64,000 nucleotides of DNA from positions 162,750,001 to 162,814,000 of the forward strand of contig NC_043000.1 in the NCBI RefSeq assembly GCF_006345805.1. The letters run 5' to 3'. The translations under genes and the position numbers were made by a program. Shown here piece by piece: positions 41,955-54,439 of the stretch; the stretch's first letter is position 1; each line of letters opens with the position of its first letter. The stretch comes from Octopus sinensis. Lineage: Eukaryota. Below the pieces are notes generated by a model. It had not been told where the DNA came from and made no database searches. It was given only the letters and a program-made list of their open reading frames with translations.

Positions 41955-43962
41955 ATCCATACAATCTCAAAAGCAAAACAGCTGGTGCTACTCGGCAACT
42001 CCAACGCCAGAGTGAGAGCTAATCACGACTACAGGCCTGGGTGTCTGGGTCGATACAGGGTTGGCAACATGAACGAAAATGGGCAGCAGCTGCTTGATCT
42101 CTGTTTCACCAATAACTACTTCCAGACCAAAGCTCAACACAGGGTCTCCTGGCGTCACCCTCGCTCAAGGCATTTGAACCAGCTGGATTTGACTATCACA
42201 AGATGCAACCACCTGAATAATGTTCTCCTGACTCGATCTTTTCAGAGCGCTGACGGCGACACATGCCACTGCCTGGTCTGCTGTAATCTCAAACCGCAAC
42301 CAAAATTGTACCAAGTCCCCAGGCAAGCAGCGCATCAGTACTACTGCAACCCAACAACCAACTGAGACAGATACATTTCTCAAGACACTGGAAAATCCCC
42401 TTCTTGCAGATTCACCAGAAGGCAATACTGGACTCTCTCAAGGTCATCATACATGGGCTTTTGGGAGGAGGAAAATGATACATGACTGGTTTGAGGCGAA
42501 TGTGAAAGAACTCAATACATCCATGGAGGAGAAGCGTACTACCCTGCTGAAGCATAAACGCATGGAGATCAGCAAAGACTAACATGCAGAAGACAGTGAA
42601 ACGGTGTACAAATGATTACTGGTTACAATTATGTGCAGATATCCAACTGTCGTTTGACAGGCAACATTCGTGGAATGTACGAGGGTATCATGAAAGCCAT
42701 CGACCCAACCCAGAGCAAGATAGCTCCACTCAAATTCAGAACAGGGAAAGCAGCTGGAGAAATGAGTGAAACATTATTCCGAACTCTACGTCAAAGAAAA
42801 AAAAACATCTCAGTCAGTGCACTAGACAATGTAGAGCACCTACCTGTCATGGAATACCTGGACGCACTTCCAATTGGTGAAGAACTGAGCAGAGTCATCG
42901 AAAGCTTGTCCACCGGAAAAGCACCAAGTGTGAATAGCATCCTACCAGAGATCATCAGATGTGTAAGGAGAGTTCTACTTAGCCACTTGCTGAAGCTACT
43001 GTATCAGTTCTGGGAGGAGGAATCAATACCGCAAGACATGAAAGACTGCGACATTGTCATCCTATATAAAAACAAAGGAGGCAAAACGACTGCATTAACT
43101 GCCGAAGTGTCTCGCTGTTAAGCATCGTAGGGAAGTTCTTTGCCCGAAATAGGTTACAGAAAATCGATGAGAGGATATACCCCGAATCTCAGTGCGGTTT
43201 CAGAGCAAAACGCTCCTCCGTCGACATGATCATTTCTCTCCGACAGCTACAGGAAAAGTGCCGAGACAACCACTCTTTATTACCTTCATCGACTTCACAA
43301 AGGCTTTTGACCTAGTCAGTAGAGACGACCTGTTCAAAATCCTTGCCAATATTGGCTGTCCTCCTAAACATGAAAGTCATTCATTCAATTTGATGGTTCT
43401 TTTTTTTTTCGGAAGCTTTCAACATACGTAGTGGCATGAAACAGAGCTATGTACTTGCCCCCACCCTATTTGGCATCTTTTTTGCAATCATGCTGAAACA
43501 TGCATTTTGGACATCAACTGACGGTGTTTACATCAACTTCAGGTCAAGTGTAAAACTGTTTAGTCTGTCGAGGTACTCGTTAGAGAAATGCTGTTTGCAG
43601 ACGATGCAGCACTGACAAAGCATTCTGAAGAGCAAATGAAGTACCTCATGGAAAACTCTCAGGAATTCAAACAGGCTATCAGTCTGAAGAAGACCCAAAT
43701 AATGGGTCAAAGTATCAATCACGCCCCAACCATCACTATCAACAACTACAAGCTAGAGGTAGTCCATCAATTAACTTATCTCGGCTCTACGATCGCTGAT
43801 AACCTCTCTCTGGACCCTGAGATCAACAGGCGAATTGGACAAGTATTCTCCACATTTTCCAGGCTCACAAAGAGAGTCTGGACAAACAAAAAACTGGCTA
43901 CAAACCTCTACTCTGGACACGAGCGGCGTTTCAACGTTTCACCTTCGCAGTTAGAGACGCAG
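41955..43962 (+). mobile_element. Decayed RTE-clade LINE (EN plus RT)
   Basis: LVLLGNSNARV, GNMNENGQQLL, VSWRHPRSRH, GKAPSVNSILPE, FIDFTKAFDLVSR, LFADDAAL, LEVVHQLTYLGSTI; many frameshifts. Confidence 0.92.
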
Positions 43963-44566
43963 ATAGCAAAACTCTTCATACTTCCCTAATTACCTCTACT
44001 TATATCTTTCCTGCAGGCTTTGAACTGCAGCGATATAAACGGAACGTTAATAGCATCAAACTCATTTGTTGCGGAGTACTTGCACAAGTTACAATCACTG
44101 ACCCACCACCTTTTCCAGAGTCAACAAAAAAAGCTCATATATATATATATATATGAGCGCGCGCATGTGTGTGTTTGTATATATGGCGTGCATTGTATTA
44201 TATGTACGCATGTATTCATGTATAAATATCTGTAGGCGTTTAACTGAATTTCTGAGTGCGTGTGCATGTTTTGAAGCCTATAAAGATGCATACGACATTA
44301 CTACATCAGGACGAGCGAACGTTATGAGTTTCAAAGCCTACAAAACCTTATCAACCTATTCAATATGAAAATGACCTTGTACAGATTTTGACTAGAAGTT
44401 ATTAGATTACGAGAGACGAAGTATGTCATTGGTATTGTTTACTAAACATTCTATAATTTCTACTTAATGTTTATACGACTTTATTTGCCACTTCTCAAAT
44501 GTATTATATTTCATGTAGCATTTAACTAATCTCCCCAAGTATATAATTATGTATATATACACAGAC

Positions 44567-44599
<33 letters not shown>

Positions 44600-44615
44600 G
44601 ACACACACACACATG

Positions 44616-44653
<38 letters not shown>

Positions 44654-44942
44654 TATGTGCGCGTGTGTGTGTGTGTGTGTGTTTTAGCTCTTTACAGATC
44701 AGATCTCCCTTATGTTGTCATAATATGGTTTGTTGTTTTGAGACGTTTATATAAACAAGCAATTTCAAAGGGTTTGATTAATGCATAAAAATATGCATAT
44801 CTATAAAAACAGAAAACATCACTTGTTAATAATATACGATATGAATCGCCACCACAAAATAGCCTGTTTATGTAAATTCTATATGTGATACGTTATAATA
44901 TACTTTATTATTCATACACACGCTTACCACCACACGTTACGT

Positions 44943-44957
<15 letters not shown>

Positions 44958-45007
<50 letters not shown>

Positions 45008-45035
45008 CATACATATATATACATATATATATATA

Positions 45036-45095
<60 letters not shown>

Positions 45096-45100
45096 TATAC

Positions 45101-45136
<36 letters not shown>

Positions 45137-45158
45137 TATATATATATATATATATAAT

Positions 45159-45190
<32 letters not shown>

Positions 45191-45224
45191 CGTACATATA
45201 TATATATATATAATATATATATAT
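44958..45224. repeat. (TA)n microsatellite
   Basis: Direct reading of the sequence. Confidence 0.95.
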
Positions 45225-45514
45225 CATTCTGTATGACTTAACGGGGATCTACTGCAGAAAACCAGAAAACTGCGGTGCTCATCTTAAGACAGCATCTTAT
45301 ATTGATGTATAGTGCTAAAACGCACAAAAGTATATCAGCATTTCGCGTAAAGCATTCAGCAGGATGTGCGTTTAAGCAATATACGTCTATACGAGATGCT
45401 TTCTCGAACCGGATGCCACTGTTTCCAGGCTTTCTTCAGTATACTGACATTAAGGAAGATATGCAGCGTGCTATTTTGAACAAATACTAATCCCATCGCT
45501 TCACTGCTTACAAA

Positions 45515-46095
45515 CTACATGCTTCCCAGTCCAGTTCCATTGCGTAACGCCTTCAGCAAGTGCCTATTATAACTTTGACCTGACCAATCCCTTGTGAGTG
45601 AATTTGGAAGACGATATAAATGTGTGTGTGTTTCAATATATATATCTATTTCTTTACTACCCACAAGGGGCTAAACACAGAGGGGACAAACAAGGACAGA
45701 CAAACGGATTAAGTTGATTATATCGACCCCAGTGCGTAACTGGTACTTATTTAATCGACCCCTAAAAGATGAAAGGCAAAGTCGACCTCGGCGGAATTTG
45801 AACTCAGAACGTAACGGCAGACGAAATACCGGTAAGCATTTAGCCCGGTGCGCTAACGTTTCTGCCAGTTCGCCGTCAATATATATATCTACGTACAAAC
45901 ACACACACACACACATACTCACACACGCATACACACATATGCATATATTGATATATAACTGAGTTTATTTGTGCCTCTCACCGCTTCACAAACAGATTTG
46001 GTGCGTTTATGTTCCCGAATATTAGCGGTTCGCCAAACGAGCTTGATAGAATAAGTATCAGATTTCAAAAATGATCAGCACTGAGATGTCGATTC
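45515..46095 (+). mobile_element. Old family-A SINE interrupted by a family-B SINE
   Basis: 5' half at about 45515-45632; 3' half at about 45960-46095. Confidence 0.7.
45649..45875 (-). mobile_element. Family-B SINE with 16-bp TSD
   Basis: TSD tcaatatatatatcta at 45633-45648 and 45876-45891; carries the Tx1-like tail. Confidence 0.93.
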
Positions 46096-46099
46096 ATTC

Positions 46100-46310
46100 C
46101 TACTGCGCTGTACTTTTGGCATGTGTCATCGACTCTAGACCCTGGACAACTAAAGCCTTATGAATGAATTTGGTAAACGGAAACTGTGTGGAAGCCCGTC
46201 GTATATAAATATGTATGTGTGTGTGTTTGTCAATATGTATTTCTTTATGTCTGTGTTTGCGTCCCCGTAACTTATTGGGTTTGCAAAAGAGACTGGAAGA
46301 ATTAGTAACT
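46100..46310 (+). mobile_element. Family-A SINE, degenerate, interrupted at its 3' end
   Basis: aaagccttatgaatgaatttggtaaacggaaactgtgtggaagcccgtcg; resumes agaataagtacc at about 46622. Confidence 0.75.
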
Positions 46311-46312
46311 AA

Positions 46313-46612
46313 TGGCACTCTGTCGGTTACGACGACGAGGGTTCCATTTGAACTGATCGATGGAACAGCCAGCTCGTGAAATTAACGTGCATGTACGTAT
46401 ACGTATAGCCTTCACGTAGTTCCCAAGGAGATTCAGCATGACTCAGAATGTGACAAGGTTGGCCCTTTGACATAGAGACAACCACACATTTTTATCAGCT
46501 AAGTGAACTGGAGCAAAGTGAAATAAAGCGTCTTACTCAAGGACACGTATCACCGGGAATTGAACTCACGACCTTACGATCGTGAGCTACATGCCCTAAC
46601 CACTAAGCCACG
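46313..46612 (-). mobile_element. Chimeric SINE: family-D head/core plus family-C tail
   Basis: 5' half aligns with 22091-22225; 3' half aligns with 33443-33615. Confidence 0.85.
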
Positions 46613-46869
46613 TATATTCACAGAATAAGTACCAAAAATACATAGGCAATCCAATTACTGGACCAAGTGAAAGATGAAAGATAAGAAATAAGATGTACGT
46701 GCACGTGCGTGCTGCGTGAGTGCGTGCGTGAGTGCGTGCGTGCGTGCATGCGTGCGCTTGTATGAGTGTACACATGCCAGGGCTGAAGGATCATGATTAT
46801 GGTACATGCTCAAAGTCATCGTACCAGAAGTAACTGAAAGCATGCAATGAAGCTGATCACATTTCTTAA

Positions 46870-46990
46870 CTACAGAGTATGTGGAGGAGAAATAAGTACA
46901 TTGTCTCTGGTTGCACAATATTTACTTAAGAAAGAACACTATTAAAGATATGACATGGTTGGGCCTTACATACTCTGAAAGTTAATGCAC
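46870..46990 (+). pseudogene. Possible second R4/Dong-type remnant (CCHC/RHD region)
   Basis: YRVCGGE...KKEHY*RYDMVGPYIL*K resembles CRxCG...EYxxRHDxVGxYIHWK; very decayed. Confidence 0.3.
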
Positions 46991-48229
46991 CATTCATAAA
47001 TACCACTGAAGTGGACGTGACGTAAAACACGTTTGAAAATGTCTCAGAGACCGTATTCTGCGATATGACAATACATATGTGAGCGCATAGTATAATTTCT
47101 AAGCAGACTTTTGACACAAACGTCGAAGGCATCAATTTGCTGTAGAGTATAATTTAATCTATTTTACGATCTCTGACGGGCCCCAGTGCTTTCCTATTCA
47201 TCCTATTTTTTTATTTTTCTGAAGTCAATATGTGCAAATGCTCGGATTATGCATCAACGCCTTCAATCTCCCTAACATACGTGAGACTTCAAACTCATGG
47301 ATATTTGCGCCTCTTAGAAAATACCCGATTATATCAATCAATTTTTTTCCCGGTCAAATATACATTGAGTCAACCCACGATCCATCCCAGATTGACAGCC
47401 ATATGAAAATCATATTAATAACGTACTGGTTTAAATCTCACGAAGTTCAGTATTTACTTCATCCCTTTGGGTTCGCTTTAATAAAAAAAAAAGAATTGAA
47501 GTACCAGACTCAGTCTAATTGACTGTATGCATCCACCCAAAGTTGTGGCTTTTCTTTCATGTTTAAAATCAACATTGGCACAAACCCATACATTTTGTGA
47601 AAGAAAATCGATTACATCAATCGCAATACTTTTTCATAACACGAACCCAAGTTGGCTTTGAACTCATCATGTAAAGGAATACAACAAAATACCTGATAAA
47701 TTTTTTTTGTTGCCACCTGCTGCCTTTGTTGTGTTACTACATTTATGATAAAAAGGTCTTTATTAAAATACCTTCCCAGAAGACCGATATAATTTCATAC
47801 CCCTGCGGCGATAATACACTTCTATATTTAAACATTATTTTACCTGCTACAAAGACAATAAATAAAATTGCGTTCTTACTATTATCAAGCATTCAAGTAA
47901 GTCTCATTTTGCCCAGTCTTTTGAAAATAGTTTCCCCCTACAACCACCGTCAAGTATGAAATAGCGAAACAAAATTTAACGGAAGTTTTCGTGACTATTT
48001 ACAATTAATGCACTAGCCGAGCAATGGCCTGACTTTTCAATGCGCTATTCTGTAGAGTATTCTGTTTATAAGTATAAATTGATTTTTACAACCTCTCTAC
48101 ATTTACGCCACTGTAGTTTAAGTCGCTGGCATGTTCCATGACTCGTTAGTGTAGTGTTGTTGTTTGCTTAAAGCACTCTAAATTCGTCGCAATATTAGTT
48201 CCTTACACACGAGGTTTTATAGACGGTCA

Positions 48230-48795
48230 TGTTACAGAAGAGGATGATGGGTGTACGTTGCCCTTGTAGTGGTCCATGTAGCTAAATAGTTGAATGATCT
48301 CCCTTGCAAGAAAGTTCAGAGATAGAAAATGTAGAAATAACAGCTAACTGGTGGTTTTCAGTCATGTGGCGTAGAGAAATTAGACGGACATAGCAATGAC
48401 GTGAATCGCTCTAAGTCTAATCGACTAAGAAGCGAAGAGCAGGGTTAGCAAGCTGTTTTTATTAATGGAACGCTAGACATTCTAGAAACTTCCAAGAGAA
48501 ACGCCTAGCTTCTTGAATAATTAAGAATCACGACTCATGACACAGATGCTTCCAGAAACTTAGTGAAGGGAGATAACTCTATAAACCTTCTTGCATGGGA
48601 GAACATTCAGCTATTTAGCTACATAGACCCCTGTGTAGTGGAGATATATATTTAGTACCAGGTGATGATATGGCTGCGTGTATATTATTACATTATTTCA
48701 TAAAGAGATGAAGAATAAATCCAAGAACTATATATTTACTGCACCTTCTAAATCCTACTAGTTTTGAAGACAGTACGAGATTATCATAAATACAA
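48230..48795. repeat. Solo-LTR-like or foldback segment with internal inverted repeat
   Basis: Starts tgttac, has aataaa near the end, and an inverted repeat at 48271-48321/48577-48629. No clear TSD. Confidence 0.35.
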
Positions 48796-50197
48796 TCAAC
48801 ATCCTTATTTATGATAGGCAAAGAGAATTATTTAACGTTATTCAATGGACACCAGGTTAACTTCTTTCACGAGGAAAAGTAGAAAATTTGGTATTATCTT
48901 TTAGAAGAAAGTTGCGCGTGTATGCTGTCGGCATTAGCATTCGTATTCTGTGATTTATTGTAACCTAAGTTGAACAGAAAGTGATATACAACAATGATAA
49001 TGTTGGCTATGTTTCACGTTGTTTGGTTTTGTAATGCAAAAACTTTACTCTCTTTAATATCATATTAGATGTGGTTTGCTTATCTTCCTCTGTGCTAATT
49101 AATAATGAATATGTGTAATATTGTTATAATCGTCACATAAAGCCGATAATCACACTTAATCTTACTAAACAACTATGGGATTTTTTGGTTCATATGCTAG
49201 AATTGTATTTCTTTCTAATAACTCACATAGTGTAAGATATGTATATAGTTTAATTTATTACACTAAATTAGCTCTAATCTACTTTCTCACTTAGACTGGT
49301 TCTTATGATACCGAGGTTATTATGTTCAGCACCAGGTCAGCCCTGAAATAGCAGCTTCTGACGAAAGATATTCTTGCCATAAGTATCAAGTCTCTCTCGT
49401 ATTAAGTCTTAAGTCTTTCTTGTGCATAAATTCCAGGACCACATTTAATGAAGTGTTATTCTTTTCTAAGGTAGTATAGTATAGTTTAAAGGAGTTTTGA
49501 ATGCTATTTGTAGAAGACAAACAGATCATGCACAGATATTCCTGACAGTTTGTAGTCTTTTGTTGTATTCTGCCCAATCCCTGTGCAAGACATTCAAGAA
49601 ATTGTCATCTAATTGTATTGACACTAATATTATATAATTTCTATTCTATTTCCTGATCTCTTTTAGTGTCCTTTTCCTAAATTTATATTTATCCTTCAAA
49701 AGAATTTGAATATACTAGAAGCTTTTTCATAATACCTCTACAGCAGCAGAGTTTAAAGGCGAAATTAGATATGAAACTTTCAGAAACTCAGCAAATAGCT
49801 GACCTGGAAGTTATCCAAGAATATATTGATCGAAAAACGTTTTATCAAATACAAACATAAAAGGTAAGATTAATTATCCAGTAGTGTCAAACAAGTTTGC
49901 CATTAACTTGTATTGAAAATATAGGCATGCGAACGAATATTATTAAAAACTTACCACTTGGTATCCTTGAAATTATTTCATTAGACAAATTTAATGGAAT
50001 ATTTGGCCTTCGATATATCTTCAGATGAAATTTATAGGTGGCACTTTTGTTTTGTTTATAAAAAGCAATAGCTTCAAAACTTTTTTTAACGTAGTGAAAT
50101 GGGAAGATAATCTAATGAAATAAAAAGTGACGTACATGAAGATTAAACATTAGATGCGTCGTTAGAGAATGACATATTCTAAAATGAATAGGATATA

Positions 50198-50378
50198 CAG
50201 TACTATCGCTGGTGTTACGTTCGTTCCAAAACACCACACGATAGGTGAAAATCTGCAAAGTAGAAACAGTACTATATATTTATTTTATTATAAACGCAAA
50301 ACAACACCATGTAGGAATCGGCGTAATCTTAAATAATAAACCGTTGTAGGTGAACCGCGATATGGCGAGGGTTTATTG
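50198..50378. mobile_element. Tigger/pogo-type MITE remnant
   Basis: TA|cagta... and ...gcgagggtttattg|TA termini. Confidence 0.6.
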
Positions 50379-50599
50379 TACTCTCACTACTTCTCGTATC
50401 AAAGTTTTAGTAACAAAGCACTAACTAAAAACTAGAATTTTACCAGTTTATCGGTGACTGTTTGTGAGAATGTATAAGATTCGTGATCCAATGAGGGAGT
50501 TTTGTTAATGAAACATGTGTATTTTATTTGAAGACTATGTTTTAGAAATACTGAGTTTCACTTTGCCGATAATTCATATATATATATATATATATATAA

Positions 50600-51342
50600 T
50601 TGAAGAAATTGGAGTCGACAGGGAGTACGGTTAGAAGTTTTTTTAATCACTACAATTGTTTTCACTCAATGTAGTTCTCTTAAATGTACTAGTATTTGGT
50701 TATGCAACTGTTTGTTCGCATAATGAGATCCAGTTGTTTCCTCAGGTGGTTGTTGTGTCCTAGCATATGTGCTGCGTGTACTCCATCCTATGCAGCTGTG
50801 GTAGGTTATACAAAGGCGAAACATGCCGCACCCTCAAAATAAGGGTAGACGAACATCGCAAACTGTGACACGAGGAGATATTGATAAATCGGGTATAGCT
50901 GATCATGAATGGAAAAATGGAGACCACCTCGCCCTGTGGGATGAAGTTAAAATAATAGACGGAGAACACCACTGGAAAATATGAAAACTAAAAGAAGCAG
51001 CACGTATGCTAGGACACAACAACCTCCTAAGCAGACCGAGTGCAGATATGAGCAGCATATGGGGACCGGTATTAAGGAAGGATAGAAAAATATTAGATTT
51101 ATAAGCCCTAAAATTCACTTCATAATTGTTGACGGGTATATGGCGCAGTGGTTAAGAGCGCGGGTTACTAACCCCAAGATTCCGAGTTCGATTCCAAGCA
51201 GTGAGCTGAACAACAATAACAATCATAATACCTTTCCCCCAAGACACCTGAAGAAGGTATAACAACAAACAAGATGAGGACAAATAGCCGTCGAATGTAA
51301 ATAATGTACATAATTCCTCACCTCTTAAATATAGAACTGTAT
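50600..51342 (+). mobile_element. Penelope-like 3' fragment: inverted 5' piece, GIY-YIG C-terminus, tRNA-like cassette, pLTR remnant
   Basis: VYSILCSCGRLYKGETCRTLKIRVDEHRK...KSGIADH...KLKEAA; 28-bp inversion at 50748-50775/50997-51024. Confidence 0.85.
51131..51210 (+). promoter_or_regulatory. tRNA-like internal Pol III promoter cassette (not a functional tRNA)
   Basis: A box tggcgcagtgg at 51141-51151, B box gagttcgattcc at 51184-51195; no acceptor stem. Confidence 0.7.
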
Positions 51343-51391
51343 AACCTGAAAGTTCTTTTTATATTTCATGGTAGGCGAAGAAGAATACAAG

Positions 51392-51670
51392 AGTTACGGA
51401 ATGGAGTAGATGAGATCCGGGCTACATATGTTTCAAAACGAGCAGAACCTCGGAAGTGGTGTGTACCACCGGCAATTCTACGGGACAAGAATATCTTGAT
51501 TAAATGAAAGTTTACATTGTCGCAAGGAGGTACATATTAACACATGAATTTATTGAAGCTTCCATGCGTTAATATGTAATCAAGATCTCGCTTGGATATG
51601 TACCACTTCTGAGATTGCGCTCACTATGAGACATATGTAGCCTGGATCCTATCTATTCCATTCCGTAACT
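51392..51670. repeat. Nested imperfect palindrome (MITE/foldback-like)
   Basis: Outer arms of about 70 bp agttacggaatgga...gaagtggt; inner arms tacatattaacacatg/catgcgttaatatgta. Confidence 0.85.
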
Positions 51671-51679
51671 ATATGTGTG

Positions 51680-54386
51680 TGTGTAAGGCCAAGGACATAA
51701 TCATTGTTGGTCTTTACAGGCCTCCCCAAGCACCTCTAAAGTGCTTTGAAGAGTGCCTTAGCAAAGTCAAGTCCTTCCTTCGGAAGTACCACTCCGGAAA
51801 CATACTAGTGATGGGTGATTTTAACCTCCCTCATGTGAACTGGCCCACAAATACTCTGAAGTTAGGCAAATGCTCTACATCAGATAGAGTAGCAGCAGAA
51901 CTGCTCTTTAATCTAATGGATGAATACTTCCTGACTCAGCTAGTGCTCGAACCAACGAGACAGAATAAAACGATATTGGATCTGGTATTGACCAATCACT
52001 CTAGCTTCGTTCACAGTATTTCAGTTGAAAAAACTCTCCTCTCAGACCACGAGATGGTACTCTGCAATTTTAATTCCCGACATATAAAAACCAAACCAGC
52101 CAATCCCACTCCATGGCACCCATTTGACAACATAAACTTCCACAAAGCGAACTGGGGAGCAATCAGAAAGGATCTGTCTTTCATCGACTGGTCTTTTACT
52201 CTCAATTCCACCCATATTGAGACCGCATGGCAGCACTTTGAATACATTGTCACCTATACATGCTCTAAACACGCTGCCACGAAATCTACTAACACAAACA
52301 GAAACCGGCTCCCTAAAAAGAAAAAAACGCTCATCAGGCGCATCAAAAGACTCAACAAAAAAATCAACCAATTAAAATATTCCCACACACAACATCCACA
52401 TTCAACAACAATGAAAAGGCTAAAGCTGGAAAAACTTCATCTGCAGACCGACATGAAAACCTCCATTGAAAATCAAAGAGCTGTGGAGGAACAGTGGGTA
52501 ATCAAAAGCAACAAACAGAACCCAAAAGTGTTCTATTCTTATGCAAATAAGCATAGAACCACTGTCTCACCCATTGGGCCATTGATTGATGATAACGGCA
52601 TTCCCCAACACGATGCTAAAGAAATGGCAGAAATACTGCAGAAACAATACTGCTCTGTCTTTAGTGTTCCCACTGATATTGACGTAAGAGAAGCGAACGA
52701 AGTTGACTCCCAACATAAAATCTCAGACATAACCTTCACTGCCACTGACATCGTAGCAGCAATAAATGAGGTCAAATACTACTCTACTGTAGGCCCTGAT
52801 AGATTCCCCGCTAGTCTCCTGAAGGAATGTAGACACCAGCTTGCAGTCCCTCTGACCAACCTCTGGAGAAATTCGTTAGACGCAGGTTATATACCGAAAC
52901 AGTTTCTATCCCAGTCAGTCATCCCGGTTTTCAAACAGGGAAGCAGATCCCTCGCAGTCAACTATCGCCCAATCTCACTCACCTCCCACATCATTAAAGT
53001 GTTTGAAAGAGTGTTAAGATCAAGGATAGCTGACTTCCTGGTGACCCACAAACTCCTTAATGCAAATCAGCATGGCTTTCGCTGTGGCACATTGAAGATG
53101 TACTCAAAGCCTTGGGAACAGGTTCGAACTCTGACGTCATATATCTTGACTTCAGTAAAGCGTTCGACAGGGTAGCCCACAATATCCTACTCTCAAAATT
53201 GGCAAATGTTGGAATCCGTGGAAAAGTTCTACACTGGATTAAGTATTTCCTGGCGAATAGAACATATGTTGTAGTTGATGGAGTCCACTCAAACCCAGCA
53301 AAAGTCACCAGCGGTGTTCCCCAGGGAACTGTTTTGGGTCCGCTACTCTTCATAATTTACATAAACGACCTTTCCAGTGTCGTACATTACTGCAAAGTGA
53401 AAATATTTGCTGATGACACTAAGCTCCAGCAAATCGTCAATGAAGAAGCAGACCGAACTCAACTCCAGTCTGATCTATATGCTGTGAGTCAATGGGCAGA
53501 CAGAAACAAAATGCAACTGAACGAGGGAAAATTTGAGCTGATGCATTTTGGAAGAAATTCCTCACTAAAACAGCCATACTCTCTTTCTTCAGGGGAACCG
53601 CTCACAGCCTCTAACAATATCAGAGACCTGGGTGTAATTGTTGATGACGATCTCCGTTGGAGTGCACACATCAACAAGAAGGTCGATATAGCTCGTAGGA
53701 TGAGTTCCTGGATCTTAAGAACTTTCCGGTCCAGAGAACAAGGTGTCATCATACCACTTTTTCCTCCTTTGTGCGGCCACACCTCGAATACTGCTGCTCA
53801 CTGTGGTCTCCCCATACGAGACAAAACATCTCGAGGATTGAGTCACCCCAGAGGGCACTCACTAAACGAATTGAAGGCATGGCTGCTCTTGATTATTGGG
53901 ATCGCCTTAAAGCCTTGAAACTTTACTCTCTCCAGCGTCGCTGTGAGCGGTACATCATTTGTACGATGTGGAGAATATAACGCCAACTTTGCCCAAACGA
54001 CCTGAACATTAGCTTCAAGGTTCATCCAAGACTTGGACCACGGGCCATACGTCCCCTGCCCAATTCAAGATCACAGTATACATGTACACTGCAACATAAT
54101 TTCTTTCCTCAACAGGCCCTGCCCTATTTAACATTGTCCCGAAAGAGATCAAAGAGGAACAGGATCCCATCAACTTTAAACGGAGTCTGGATAGATTCCT
54201 TCAAAGAATACCAGATAAGCCACCCATAATTGGATACAACTCACCCCACAAGAACTCACTACTTGAATGGACCATAAACAAAACTTGACTTAAACAGGAT
54301 TCGAATAATCCTATCAGGTGCTGCTATTAAGTTAGACATGGCCTGGACCAATCTTTGGTCGAAACATATCTAAGGTTATCTAAGTT
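51680..54386 (+). mobile_element. 5'-truncated CR1-group LINE (APE plus RT), frameshifted
   Basis: LYRPP, MGDFN, LDLVLT, SDH; NYRPISLTSHIIKVFE, YLDFSKAFDRV, SGVPQGTVLGPLLF, FADD, RPHLEYC; short deletion after QHGFRCG; tail repeat tatctaag(g)tt. Confidence 0.93.
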
Positions 54387-54439
54387 TATATATATATATA
54401 AGAATTTTTTGCGTAATAAGATAAAAAACCAAGACTGTA

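Noticed and set aside
51131-51210. tRNA gene (likewise SINE heads at 22091, about 33750 and about 46550)
   Set aside because: A/B boxes are present but there is no pairing acceptor stem; these are tRNA-derived heads, not tRNA genes.
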